Notes under the pieces: model-generated
Databases searched by the model: none
What the model saw: only the letters and a program-made list of their open reading frames with translations
What the model was told of the DNA's origin: nothing
Translations under genes and position numbers: made by a program
From: Candidatus Saccharimonadota bacterium
Lineage (GTDB): Archaea > Micrarchaeota > Micrarchaeia > Micrarchaeales > Micrarchaeaceae
Length of the DNA: 32,000 nt
NCBI RefSeq assembly: GCF_002214165.1
Contig: NZ_CP019964.1
Location: 1 to 32,000, forward strand
Direction of reading: 5' to 3'
Part shown: piece after piece, positions 1 through 10,021 of the stretch
How the letters are laid out: each line of letters opens with the position of its first letter
How positions within the stretch are numbered: position 1 is the first letter of the stretch

Positions 1-49
1 TGAAAAGAAACATACATTAGAAATATTTAAACATTTCTAAATAAACATA

Positions 50-2821
50 TTGAAAGCAACTGCATTGGTGTACATGTCTATTTATGAAAATTTTATATCC
101 AAATACCAGAAATTCACGCCTATACAGGAAAAGGCAATACCAATAATAGCCGGAGGCAGCAACTGTTTGGTAATCGCTCCAACAGGTTCAGGGAAGACCG
201 AAGCGGCGGTGCTTCCAATTATAGATAGGGCATCGAAGATAAATGGTGAAGGGATAAAAATACTCTATATAACCCCGCTTAGGGCTCTTAACAGGGATAT
301 GTTAGGCAGGCTTCGATGGATGGCAGATTTGGCAGGGTTGACAATAGGAGTAAGGCATGGAGATACAAGCAACTCTGAGAGGTCGAAGCAGGTGCGTAGT
401 GCCCCAGATATAATTGTTACAACTCCCGAATCACTGCAGAGCATGCTGCCCACAAAGGGCATGGGAGTAAAGCTTGCCAATGTAAAATTTGTGATTATAG
501 ACGAGATACACGAATTCTATTTCAATAAAAGAGGTGCACAGCTATCTTTAGGGCTTGAGAGGCTTGAAGAGAAAGCACCAAATTTTCAAAGAGTCGGGTT
601 AAGTGCAACGGTAAAAAATCCTGATTTGGTCAAAGGGTACCTGGCAGGCCTTAGAGAATGCAAAATAGCACAGATATCTGAAGGTAAAAATTTTTCCATA
701 TCAATAAAGATGCCGGAAAAACCAAAAGGCAACATGAGCCAGATAATCGACAAGTTTGGTTTGGATGAACCTTCCGCTGCCCGGCTAGAGTGCATCGCTG
801 ATGAGATAGAAGAATCCTCATCCACACTGATATTCGCAAACACAAGGCAGATTGTTGAGGCATTGGGCAGCAAGCTTCTTTACCTTGATAAAATACACCC
901 TTTCGGTGGCATAGGTGTTCACCATGGATCATTGGAAAAGGACGAGAGAATTGAAATAGAAAACAGTTTCAGGGACAATAAAATAAAAAGCATAATAGCT
1001 ACAAGCTCTCTTGAACTAGGAATAGATATAGGAAGCATAAACAAGGTAATACAGTATGGTTCTCCAAGACAATCCCTAAGATTAGCACAAAGAATAGGAA
1101 GGAGCGGACATTCAATATCCAAAACTTCGGATGGTACAATAATATCCACAGGAATTGTCGATACTCTAGAATCAGTGGCAGTGATAGACAATCTAAAGGC
1201 AAAGGAGCTTGAGAGCTTCGAAGTGCAGAAAAATGCTTTAGACGTGCTCGCAAACCAAGTATGTGGGATAATATTAGATAAGAATTCGTGCTCAATTGAT
1301 GAAATTTACACTATAGTGCGCAGGTCCTATAATTACTTAACTATGGAGAAGCCCGCGCTGGAAAACAACCTCAGATTTATGGACAGCCTCAAGCTTATAG
1401 GGTTTGATGGAAAGACCGCGGTGGCTACGAGCAGGACAAGAATGTATTATTACGATCATTTAAGTGTGATACCCGATTCGCACAGGTACAGGGTTCGCAA
1501 TATAGCAAACAACAAAATAATATCAACATTGGATGAAGAGTTTGTATCGAACAATATAGATGAGAATTCTATATTTATAACAAAAGGTCTCCCCTGGCGC
1601 GTCATAAGCATAGACAAGGACACGATAGTTGTCGAACCGTCATCAAATCTTGATGCAGCTATACCTGATTGGAGTGGGGAAGACATACCTGTAAGCTATT
1701 CCGTGGCATCACGCATGCGCGATATAATAGGAAGAAATGAATTAGGCAACTACATAGACAAGTCCTTATACGGAAAAGCTGAAAAATTCATAGAGGACCA
1801 AGCAGAGCACTGGAAGCCATCAAGTGACAAAGTAATGGTAGAGATGTACGATAACTACACTATCCTATATACGTGGCTTGGGACTCTTGCAAACGATGCC
1901 CTCTCAAGGCTGATAGCAAAGTACCTGACAATGAATGCAGGCCATAGCATTAACATCAAATCCTCCCCCTACCTAATCTTTTTTGATGTATCTGATGAAA
2001 TTGCAATAAAAAGCATGCTTCTCGGAATTGATCCTGTGAGTGTATACCAAAAGCTCAAGGAATCTATAACAGAGACAGATTTCTTCAGGTACAAATTTAC
2101 AAGGGTAGCAAAGATATTTGGCATAATAGACAGAGACGCAGTAATGAGCAAGAGCCTTACAAAACACATAATATCGACTTTGATAGGCTCTCCCGTTTAT
2201 GAAGAAACACTAAGGGAAATAATAGAGAATTATTTTGATATTAAAAACTTGATAGGATTTTTCAAGAGAGTACACAGCAGAAATGCGGAAGTGGTATTCA
2301 AAAATATTAAAAAGCAATCGCCACTTACGAAAGCAATCCTAAAGTCCGCATACTATAACAAGGAGCTTATAATGCCGCTCATGCCAAATGACGAATTGGT
2401 GAATTCCTTTTCAAAATATACATTGGACAAGAAAGCCAATCTAATATGCACTTATTGCGGATTTGAATTCAAAAGAAATCTTTCGGAGATAATAGATGAA
2501 GGCAGGATACTCTGTCCAACTTGCCAAAGCCCTATGGTAACAATAAATACAAATGGTTATATAAATGTAATAAAGAAAATCAAAGAGAAGAAAGAGTTGA
2601 CTGAAACGGATAAAAGGGTTCGTATGAGTATGATGGCAGATGCAGATTTGGTCTATTCGTATGGAGGCAGGGCTGTGGCAGCACTTTCAACATATGGGGT
2701 AGGGCACAGGACTGCTGCCAGGGCGTTGCTTATGCAAAGGACCAGCAAAGAAAAATTCTTCGTCGATCTGATAGAAGCACAAAAACAGTTTATAAAGAAC
2801 AAGAAATATTGGTCCGTATAA
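50..2821 (+). CDS. lhr: Lhr-type superfamily-2 ATP-dependent helicase with C-terminal zinc ribbon
   Basis: 923-aa ORF with SF2 motifs readable in the translation: FTPIQEKAIP (Q), APTGSGKTEAA (I), YITPLRALNRD (Ia), DEIHEF (II), SAT (III). The HHGSL...TSSLELGIDIG...QRIGRSGH block is typical of Lhr/COG1201. C-terminal CTYCG...CPTC zinc ribbon. The ORF-track start is TTG at 50; the first in-frame ATG is at 74. Confidence 0.85.
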   Translation: MKATALVYMSIYENFISKYQKFTPIQEKAIPIIAGGSNCLVIAPTGSGKTEAAVLPIIDRASKINGEGIKILYITPLRALNRDMLGRLRWMADLAGLTIGVRHGDTSNSERSKQVRSAPDIIVTTPESLQSMLPTKGMGVKLANVKFVIIDEIHEFYFNKRGAQLSLGLERLEEKAPNFQRVGLSATVKNPDLVKGYLAGLRECKIAQISEGKNFSISIKMPEKPKGNMSQIIDKFGLDEPSAARLECIADEIEESSSTLIFANTRQIVEALGSKLLYLDKIHPFGGIGVHHGSLEKDERIEIENSFRDNKIKSIIATSSLELGIDIGSINKVIQYGSPRQSLRLAQRIGRSGHSISKTSDGTIISTGIVDTLESVAVIDNLKAKELESFEVQKNALDVLANQVCGIILDKNSCSIDEIYTIVRRSYNYLTMEKPALENNLRFMDSLKLIGFDGKTAVATSRTRMYYYDHLSVIPDSHRYRVRNIANNKIISTLDEEFVSNNIDENSIFITKGLPWRVISIDKDTIVVEPSSNLDAAIPDWSGEDIPVSYSVASRMRDIIGRNELGNYIDKSLYGKAEKFIEDQAEHWKPSSDKVMVEMYDNYTILYTWLGTLANDALSRLIAKYLTMNAGHSINIKSSPYLIFFDVSDEIAIKSMLLGIDPVSVYQKLKESITETDFFRYKFTRVAKIFGIIDRDAVMSKSLTKHIISTLIGSPVYEETLREIIENYFDIKNLIGFFKRVHSRNAEVVFKNIKKQSPLTKAILKSAYYNKELIMPLMPNDELVNSFSKYTLDKKANLICTYCGFEFKRNLSEIIDEGRILCPTCQSPMVTINTNGYINVIKKIKEKKELTETDKRVRMSMMADADLVYSYGGRAVAALSTYGVGHRTAARALLMQRTSKEKFFVDLIEAQKQFIKNKKYWSV

Positions 2822-2831
2822 TGGTGGTTTC

Positions 2832-3593
2832 ATGCTGTATCTTATAGGAGTAGGTTTATCAAATTATGATGTTACAATGGAGGGCTTGGAAGCCTGCCGG
2901 AGGTGCAAACAATTATATGCAGAAGCCTACACAAGCAACTTAACGGAAGAGAAACTAAAGGACTTATCAAAGATATTGGAAAAGGAAATAGATCAATTGG
3001 GCCGCACAGATCTTGAAGAAAACGCCAAAATACTGATAAACCAAGCAGCTAAAGAAGATATAGGGCTTCTGATCAATGGAGATCCCCTTATAGCAACAAC
3101 CCATAAAACATTATTGATGGAAGCATCAGCTTCTGGTGTCGGCACGAAGGTAATACATTCAACTTCAATACTATCAGTTTCAATGGGTGAGAGCGGTCTT
3201 GATTTTTACAGGATAGGGCCAGTTTGTACGATAGCAAATTGGTCCGAGCACTATCATCCAATCTCATTTTACGAGACAATAAAAGGCAATATGGATCACA
3301 ATCTACATTCTATAATGCTGCTTGACTATGATTACGAAAGGCAGAGCACAATGCCTATAGAGAAAGTTGCATTCATACTCAGTGAGGCGGAGGAACATTA
3401 CAAGAAAAAGATAATATCTGAGGATACCAAATTTTTGGTACTGAACAATATAGGGACAGAAAATGGAAAGATTAAGCTGTATACATTCGCCAAATTAAAA
3501 ACCGCAAAAATCAAGGGGATGAATACTATTATACTCCTTGCCAAACTGTCAAATCTTGAAGAAGAATGGATAAGTAAAATAGAGAAGGCATGA
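2832..3593 (+). CDS. dph5: Diphthine synthase (diphthamide biosynthesis methyltransferase)
   Basis: 253 aa. The N-terminus MLYLIGVGL...LYAEAYTS and the size match the archaeal diphthine synthase family. ATG at 2832, 10 nt after the lhr stop. Confidence 0.85.
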   Translation: MLYLIGVGLSNYDVTMEGLEACRRCKQLYAEAYTSNLTEEKLKDLSKILEKEIDQLGRTDLEENAKILINQAAKEDIGLLINGDPLIATTHKTLLMEASASGVGTKVIHSTSILSVSMGESGLDFYRIGPVCTIANWSEHYHPISFYETIKGNMDHNLHSIMLLDYDYERQSTMPIEKVAFILSEAEEHYKKKIISEDTKFLVLNNIGTENGKIKLYTFAKLKTAKIKGMNTIILLAKLSNLEEEWISKIEKA

Positions 3594-3597
3594 TTAA

Positions 3598-4770
3598 ATG
3601 GCCCTGATGCTTAGGTACGATTCAAAGAACCATTCTGCATATTCAACTGACCAGTCGACAATAGACATATTAAGGAATGGGTTTATAGGAGATTTTAAAA
3701 ATGGCAGGTTAAGTTTAATACCGGAGGAAGCCCTTTACCTAATGGATGTCAGGAATAGCGAGTGCGTAACCGCCAAAGGGAAGTATATAGATTTTGTGCA
3801 ATTAGCCCACAAGAACAGAAAATCAAAGAAATTCATGGCACGCTATTTTACATATAAAGACTGGAGAGATAGAGGTCTTATTATAGTTCCCCCATGGCGC
3901 ATAACTCAGCTGCCCGAGGAAAAAAGGCCAATAAGCGTTAAGACATATCCCGCGGAAAAATTAAAGCTTAAGAAGTTCATGGCATCAGGCATATTTTTCC
4001 CCTATGATATGGTAACTATAATAAAGGACGAATCAATAGGGAAGTACCTTTATGACACTCAATGGTTTGGCCAATATGGGACTTACAAACTAGCCGACCA
4101 TGGGTCATTGAACAAACTGGATATATACGAAACCCTTTTCCTGATGGACTCAAAACGCCTTTCTGTGGAGGGCTACAGCAGGTCGGATATAATAAAAGCA
4201 GGAGTGAGCATGAGGGACGATTTCCGCAAGCTATACTCAGTTTATAAGGATTGGAGGAAAAGGGGCTACGTAGTGAAAACAGGATTCAAGTTCGGTACAC
4301 ATTTCAGGATTTACTTCCCCGGAGCAAATCCAACCAACCAGAATTCCGAATGGGTACATTCAAGGCACGTCTTACACGTCTTTCCAAGAAACAGCAAACT
4401 TCTAATATCAGAATGGGCAAGAGCCATAAGGGTCGCCCATTCCGTAAGGAAAACCTTCATACTTGCAATTCCAGGCAAAAGCCGTGCAAAGAAGCTTGAC
4501 ATAGATTTTATACTTTATCACAGGGAGAAGGGAAAGATTGAAGACCCTAAAACAGTATACCCTAAATACAGCATGCTTTCGCTAAGTGAAAACGAATATA
4601 TTGGAGGCAGTGAGTTATCCGCTATAATAAGCAAGTCACAATCAATTAATCTAGAACTTATAATTGCAATCATGGATAGGGAAACAGCAGTGACTTATTA
4701 CAAGGTACGGAAAATAAACCTTCCTATGAGCAGATACGAGTACTACGAGATAGACTGGATGCAGCCATGA
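3598..4770 (+). CDS. endA: tRNA-splicing endonuclease, three-unit (alphaN-alpha-betaC) form
   Basis: 390 aa. There are two YKDWR(D/K)RG motifs. One full catalytic unit is present (GFKFGTHFRIY, WVHSRHVLHVF, AHSVRKTFILA). The C-terminal segment SELSAIISKSQSINLELIIAIMDRETAVTYYKV resembles an EndA C-terminal subdomain. Confidence 0.85.
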   Translation: MALMLRYDSKNHSAYSTDQSTIDILRNGFIGDFKNGRLSLIPEEALYLMDVRNSECVTAKGKYIDFVQLAHKNRKSKKFMARYFTYKDWRDRGLIIVPPWRITQLPEEKRPISVKTYPAEKLKLKKFMASGIFFPYDMVTIIKDESIGKYLYDTQWFGQYGTYKLADHGSLNKLDIYETLFLMDSKRLSVEGYSRSDIIKAGVSMRDDFRKLYSVYKDWRKRGYVVKTGFKFGTHFRIYFPGANPTNQNSEWVHSRHVLHVFPRNSKLLISEWARAIRVAHSVRKTFILAIPGKSRAKKLDIDFILYHREKGKIEDPKTVYPKYSMLSLSENEYIGGSELSAIISKSQSINLELIIAIMDRETAVTYYKVRKINLPMSRYEYYEIDWMQP

Positions 4771-4831
4771 CCATTGGCTAAATTGCAGGAAAAGCTTAAA
4801 TATAATACCAGCAAAAGCAAAATGTGTCGAT

Positions 4832-5278
4832 ATGGTAACTTTAATAAAGAACGTTAAGGTTTTGGAAGATAAGGATATGAGATCTGAAATAAAATTCAGC
4901 AAAGTTCTAGTTATAAGAGACAATGAGGTAAAGGAATACTATGTAGGTTTTGAAAACCTTACGTATTCAAAGCTTTTTGGTGACAGGAACCTTTACAGTG
5001 AATCTTTGGTGTTCCTTACACCAAATGAAAAAATAGATGGCAAGGTTTTTACAGCAAAGGTAATGGACAAGGAAAATTCAAGCAAATATGAATTTTTGAT
5101 GACTGCCTCTTATGTGCTTAATGATCGCCAAAAAGAAAGTGAAAAGCAGGCAAGGATATACGAGATGCTTAGGGGTGACGATAGCATAGGAATTTCCAAG
5201 GAAACTGCCAAAATGATGGATGCTTATGAAAATTCTGTAGTGCTATTGAAAGAGAGCCTTTTCAGAAGCGCTAGATAG
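4832..5278 (+). CDS. Hypothetical protein (148 aa)
   Basis: It is the only long ORF in the gap between endA and the convergent flippase gene. I recognise no motif. Confidence 0.5.
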   Translation: MVTLIKNVKVLEDKDMRSEIKFSKVLVIRDNEVKEYYVGFENLTYSKLFGDRNLYSESLVFLTPNEKIDGKVFTAKVMDKENSSKYEFLMTASYVLNDRQKESEKQARIYEMLRGDDSIGISKETAKMMDAYENSVVLLKESLFRSAR

Positions 5279-5332
5279 CTAATCTAAAATGCCCTACTGC
5301 GGAGATAAACATTAGGGAAAATCAAAAATAAT

Positions 5333-6907
5333 CTACTTGCGTTTAATAATTGATTCGTTGTAAAGTATTATCAGGGACATAAACTGCCGTACAACCGGAA
5401 TATCCTTGGTGAACTTTTTAATGTTCTCTAAATCCTGGTCCTCAGCCCCTCTGAAAACGGTTATAAATAGAGGGTAAACAAAGGCAATTATTACTATACC
5501 TGCGATTACCCTGAACAAGGAACCAAACTGCAAAAATTGAAGTACTGCGAATGCCATGCCTGCGGATACCAGTGCAGATATTACGACTCTTGAAATCTTC
5601 CAAATATTTATATTGAATTTTATATAGCGATGCGCACTTCTTAAGAATAAGAAATTATTTACAACAGGAGCCACCAAGAATAGAAGTATAATCAGGCCCT
5701 CGCCTCCGAGCTTATATATTGCAAATGGCATAATGGCTATCTCTATTATTGATATTATAATATTGTTCTTCATTATCTGTTTTACCTTGTTTATGCTCAT
5801 CAGCATAGTGCTTGCGAGAGAGGCGGAAAAGTTTATCAATACTCCTATGCTTATCAAAGAAATGTAAAGAGGGGCAACCTTATAAGTGAATCCAAAAAGC
5901 AGGTTTACCAAAGGTGTAGAAAACAATGCCATATAAAATATTACTGGGGAAATGAAGACTACTGCGATAAATAAGGAATAGCTATACATCACCCCCAATC
6001 TCGATTTATTCTTCTTTGTGCTTGAAGCAATAGCAAATGCGGACAGCAGGGATAACGATATAGAGCCAAGTATAATATCAAATATATAATTTATTTTGGA
6101 GGCAATCCCAAAATTACCCAACACTATTGTGGTGGTCAATATCCCCAATACAACAGTCGACAAGTTGCCCGCCAAAGTATTAAATATATTTGACACTGCT
6201 ATCGGCAATGAGAAGTGGAATATCTGCCGCAAGTCAGCCTTGGATGGTATTACCAGTTTGTATACCATTTTGAGTTTAAGGAAAAAGATTGTTACAAAGA
6301 ATGAGGACAGGTATCCGGCAATCAACCCAATTATAGGGCCTAAAACTCCAAAACCTAAAACTATCAACCCCACGCTCAGAACACCTTGAACCAAAGCCTC
6401 CGTAAGGACAGAGATTGCTGCCTCCCTCCTATCCCCAATACCTATAAGTATTGGATACGATGCACCAAACAGCATAGAAGCCAGTATGGCAATAGCTATG
6501 AATTTTACAATGTAATTGTATTCTGCTGTATGCAATGCATAATATGATATAGGCCCACTGAATATAAAAGTCAATAATGAGAGTGCAATTCCAACCGAAA
6601 TGAGTATTAGAAATCCGCTGGATAATATTGCACTTACCTTTTCCGGATTTCTCTTATACTGAGATATGAATTTGTTAAATGCACTGCCTATTCCGAAATT
6701 CCCAATTGCATCGAACAGTCCGATTATTGCTGTAGCAAGCACATATATTCCATATACGCTTGACCCAAGCATCCTAGATATAAATATAAATGACACTCCC
6801 AGTACTGCTACTGAAAGCACTTTGCTCAGCATTATTATACTTGCCATCCCTGCAGCACTGCTGCCAAGATCCGCGGCGGACATATCGCTTGATTCACTAC
6901 TCATCAA
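5333..6907 (-). CDS. Polytopic membrane protein, MOP/Wzx-like oligosaccharide/polysaccharide flippase
   Basis: 524 aa, hydrophobic throughout with about 12-14 predicted helices. The length and glycine-rich helix pattern are typical of polysaccharide biosynthesis (Wzx/RfbX) transporters. Family assignment is from overall pattern only. Confidence 0.65.
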   Translation of the reverse strand: MMSSESSDMSAADLGSSAAGMASIIMLSKVLSVAVLGVSFIFISRMLGSSVYGIYVLATAIIGLFDAIGNFGIGSAFNKFISQYKRNPEKVSAILSSGFLILISVGIALSLLTFIFSGPISYYALHTAEYNYIVKFIAIAILASMLFGASYPILIGIGDRREAAISVLTEALVQGVLSVGLIVLGFGVLGPIIGLIAGYLSSFFVTIFFLKLKMVYKLVIPSKADLRQIFHFSLPIAVSNIFNTLAGNLSTVVLGILTTTIVLGNFGIASKINYIFDIILGSISLSLLSAFAIASSTKKNKSRLGVMYSYSLFIAVVFISPVIFYMALFSTPLVNLLFGFTYKVAPLYISLISIGVLINFSASLASTMLMSINKVKQIMKNNIIISIIEIAIMPFAIYKLGGEGLIILLFLVAPVVNNFLFLRSAHRYIKFNINIWKISRVVISALVSAGMAFAVLQFLQFGSLFRVIAGIVIIAFVYPLFITVFRGAEDQDLENIKKFTKDIPVVRQFMSLIILYNESIIKRK

Positions 6908-7053
6908 GGCACCATTCTATATTTGCATTGAATAAATTTTATCAAATACAATTTAATATAATTACATAAGCATTATTAGCTTAGCAATAGAAAATAAAAT
7001 AGAAATTACAAAAAATCATTACTTAAACCTGGCACCTTTATAAATTTTTTCCA

Positions 7054-9369
7054 TTGAATACTATTGCTATTACTTACAGGTGTAATATTTTGAGCATAAA
7101 ACTAAACGATATATACAGTAAAGTCAAATCTCCTGCGGGGATTGCTACGTTCATATACTTCATAGTGACGTTGATAATATTTTATCCGTTCATCCTGCAC
7201 CCTTCTACTTTATCCGCAGGGACGGGAGGGGATGCATACCAGAACCTGTGGGATTTCTGGCATATCGGCTATTCGATAGCGAATTTAAAATCAATATACT
7301 ACACAAAGATGCTGTTCTATCCAATAGGGTCAGATTTGATAACGCAGACAATGTCACCTTTTATGGGGCTTATAACATTGCCATTCCAGGCGTTTGGGTT
7401 AATATTCTCTTACACATCTGGTCTTATAATAGGATTTACGTTTACCGGGCTTGCAATGTTCCTGCTTGCGGATTATTTGGTTAAAAACAAATATGCGGCT
7501 TTCTTTGCAGGTTTAGTTTATGCATTCAGCGCATTCCACTTTGCACAGGGATTAATGCACATTGACTATGTCAATTTAGGGTTTATACCCTTGACTCTAT
7601 ATTTCTTGTTCAGGCTGATGGACAAACCCTCTTACAAGGAAGGCATATACCTATCAATAGCATTTGCGCTATTACTATTTACGGAATTTATAGAGCAGGT
7701 AATAATGGTAGTATTGGCTGCGCTAATCATCCTAATATGGTATGGGATCTCTAAATCAAAAAGGAAAATAATTGTAAATAAAAGATTTTTTTATTCAATT
7801 ATCTTAGCCGTAGTAATATTCCTCCTTATAACTTCATTCTTTATAGTGCCTATGGTGCAGTTCCTTACTTCCAAAAGCGGCGCAAGCACCTATAGCCTTG
7901 ACAATATACCTCACAATGTCATATGGAGCGACAACATATTGGAATTTTTTGTACCAAGCTACTATAATGGATTATTCAATAGATCTGGAAGCTTTTACAG
8001 TGCACTATATTACTTTGATCCATCTGAACACACCGCTTATATAGGATATACCGTGATTATACTTTCACTGTTTGCGATTTACAAGTACAGGAAAAATATG
8101 GGATTGTGGATTTTAATAGCATTCTTATTCGGCTGGCTGGCTCTCGGACCATATATACAAATAGGTACAGCCGTAACAAGCTCTTCGTTCCCAGTCCCTG
8201 GATTGACTACGGTGCCAGGTTTGTTCCTTATATACCACCAAATTCCATTGCTTAAGGTTATAAGGGAGCCTGACAGATTTTTTGCAATATTCAGCGTAGC
8301 GATAGCGATAATGGCAGCATTTGGCATTAAGGCAATGTCGGAAACAAAGTTCTTTGAGGGCAAGAACAGCAAGATAGTAGCAATAGCAATAATCTCAATA
8401 TTGTTCTTAATCGGAAGCGTAGGCCTGCCAATTACTTCAAATTACATAAATGTGATATCAACACATGTAAGCCCCAACAAGTTTTACAGGAGCTTGAGCA
8501 ATAGCACCAAAAACTTTTCAATACTCATACTTCCTGCACTGTCAAATTCTTACTCGGCGTCTCCTGCAGAATACCCAGGGCTAGCAACATACCAGTCGGC
8601 ATTGGCAGACAAACCTCTTATAGGTGGATATGTAACAAGAAGCAATACCTCAGAAAATGAAACCTTGGAAGTCATACCATTAATAAGCGAAGCTCAAACA
8701 TTGGAGGAAAATGGAACTTTTGATTACCAATCCCCAATAGTGGAAAATTACACAAACCAAACTCTACTGACGCTTTATAATTACCAAACCGCAATCGTGA
8801 CTGTAAATAAAGGAGCCTACAACCTGAGTACCTTGGGATACTTAGAGGATTACCTATACAAAACATTCGGAAGCAAATCTATAGTATACAATAGCAATAG
8901 CACAATAGCGTTCTATACACTGCCAGCACTATACCAATCAGTTTACAGAAGCTATGTATCATACCCAATATCAAAATATTGGGAGGGGGAATCAATAAAG
9001 GTAGACAACCAAACCAAGCAGGTGTGGATCCCCCTAAGCAAAGGCGAATTGGTCGTATACGCTCCATATATAAACATAACAACTGTAAATGGGAGCATAT
9101 ATGGGCACAACACCAACATCAATAGCACAGTCAGTATAAATGCAGAATCTTTGGTGAACTCAACTGTTCCGTTGCAGATTAGCATCGAAGGCGGAAATGG
9201 GGATGTGATATATAAAGGATCCTTGAACATTACCGCAGGCTTAAACACCTATAACATTACAGTGCCATTGGTTTCAGGACCCTATGGAAATTATTTTGAG
9301 ATAACCGAATACGGCGATAATGGAAAGCCCACTATAGGGATATCCGGTATAAGTATAAAACACGGATAA
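7054..9369 (+). CDS. Large polytopic membrane protein with extracellular C-terminal domain; candidate GT-C-fold glycosyltransferase, family unassigned
   Basis: 771 aa. The first ~460 residues are multi-pass membrane. The last ~310 residues are soluble and carry 16 N-x-S/T sequons by my count. No ATG precedes the first TM segments, so the start is probably TTG at 7054 or 7090. A TATA-like TTTATAAA lies at 7037-7044. No WWDxG motif, so it is not a recognisable AglB. Confidence 0.45.
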   Translation: MNTIAITYRCNILSIKLNDIYSKVKSPAGIATFIYFIVTLIIFYPFILHPSTLSAGTGGDAYQNLWDFWHIGYSIANLKSIYYTKMLFYPIGSDLITQTMSPFMGLITLPFQAFGLIFSYTSGLIIGFTFTGLAMFLLADYLVKNKYAAFFAGLVYAFSAFHFAQGLMHIDYVNLGFIPLTLYFLFRLMDKPSYKEGIYLSIAFALLLFTEFIEQVIMVVLAALIILIWYGISKSKRKIIVNKRFFYSIILAVVIFLLITSFFIVPMVQFLTSKSGASTYSLDNIPHNVIWSDNILEFFVPSYYNGLFNRSGSFYSALYYFDPSEHTAYIGYTVIILSLFAIYKYRKNMGLWILIAFLFGWLALGPYIQIGTAVTSSSFPVPGLTTVPGLFLIYHQIPLLKVIREPDRFFAIFSVAIAIMAAFGIKAMSETKFFEGKNSKIVAIAIISILFLIGSVGLPITSNYINVISTHVSPNKFYRSLSNSTKNFSILILPALSNSYSASPAEYPGLATYQSALADKPLIGGYVTRSNTSENETLEVIPLISEAQTLEENGTFDYQSPIVENYTNQTLLTLYNYQTAIVTVNKGAYNLSTLGYLEDYLYKTFGSKSIVYNSNSTIAFYTLPALYQSVYRSYVSYPISKYWEGESIKVDNQTKQVWIPLSKGELVVYAPYINITTVNGSIYGHNTNINSTVSINAESLVNSTVPLQISIEGGNGDVIYKGSLNITAGLNTYNITVPLVSGPYGNYFEITEYGDNGKPTIGISGISIKHG

Positions 9370-9858
9370 TTACGTAGCTTCCAGTTTGTTTTTAGCTATA
9401 TTAGATAGGGCAGGCAGATCCTCTGCATTTATATTTCTATTTTTCAATTCTTCCCTGCATTCGATAAGTCCCTCCCGTTCCATAGTATCCAATGTATCTA
9501 AGCTGTTGGAAAATATTAAGAACTCGCCTTTTTTGTCTGCCCCCAATTTTGATATTGCTTCTGTTATGCTTTTTGCCCCTGATAAATATATAAGCATCTC
9601 CAGCGGTATTGAACTTGACCTGTTTGTTTTGTTCTTGAACGATAGGCACGCATTTATGTATGCGAACACAAGCTCTGGATAATCATCCGATAAATAAGGC
9701 TTCAATAAAAGCACAAATTCATATTTCTTCGCATTCTGTTTATTGAATCGGTCCGCTTGATCAAATATTATTTCGAAACTTGATTTACGCTTGTAAAGTC
9801 TAAATGCAAAGCTATGCTTCAATAACGAATTTATAAAATCCACATCTTCCATATGCAT
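9370..9858 (-). CDS. cgi121: KEOPS complex subunit Cgi121-like protein
   Basis: 162 aa. The segment EMLIYLSGAKSITEAISKLGADKKGEFLIFSN parallels the conserved archaeal Cgi121 block (..ASGxRQIxxAIxxxGAKDGxxxLI..). Confidence 0.5.
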   Translation of the reverse strand: MHMEDVDFINSLLKHSFAFRLYKRKSSFEIIFDQADRFNKQNAKKYEFVLLLKPYLSDDYPELVFAYINACLSFKNKTNRSSSIPLEMLIYLSGAKSITEAISKLGADKKGEFLIFSNSLDTLDTMEREGLIECREELKNRNINAEDLPALSNIAKNKLEAT

Positions 9859-10021
9859 CCCTTAAATATCAGGTATAAGGACAACGAATGCTTATATAAT
9901 TTGGTTTTGTGTAGTTGCCTATTTCAAAGCACTATGAGATTTATTGCAAAAATCCACTCAAAAGTAAAAATTGCATTGAATAAAAATAAAAACGTATGCT
10001 GTAATAGTTTCTTGTGATAAC

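Noticed and set aside
7054-9369. Possibility that the 771-aa membrane protein is the AglB/STT3 oligosaccharyltransferase
   Set aside because: No WWDxG motif or DK/MI-type motif is visible in the translation. Only the general GT-C-like layout remains, so I call it unassigned.
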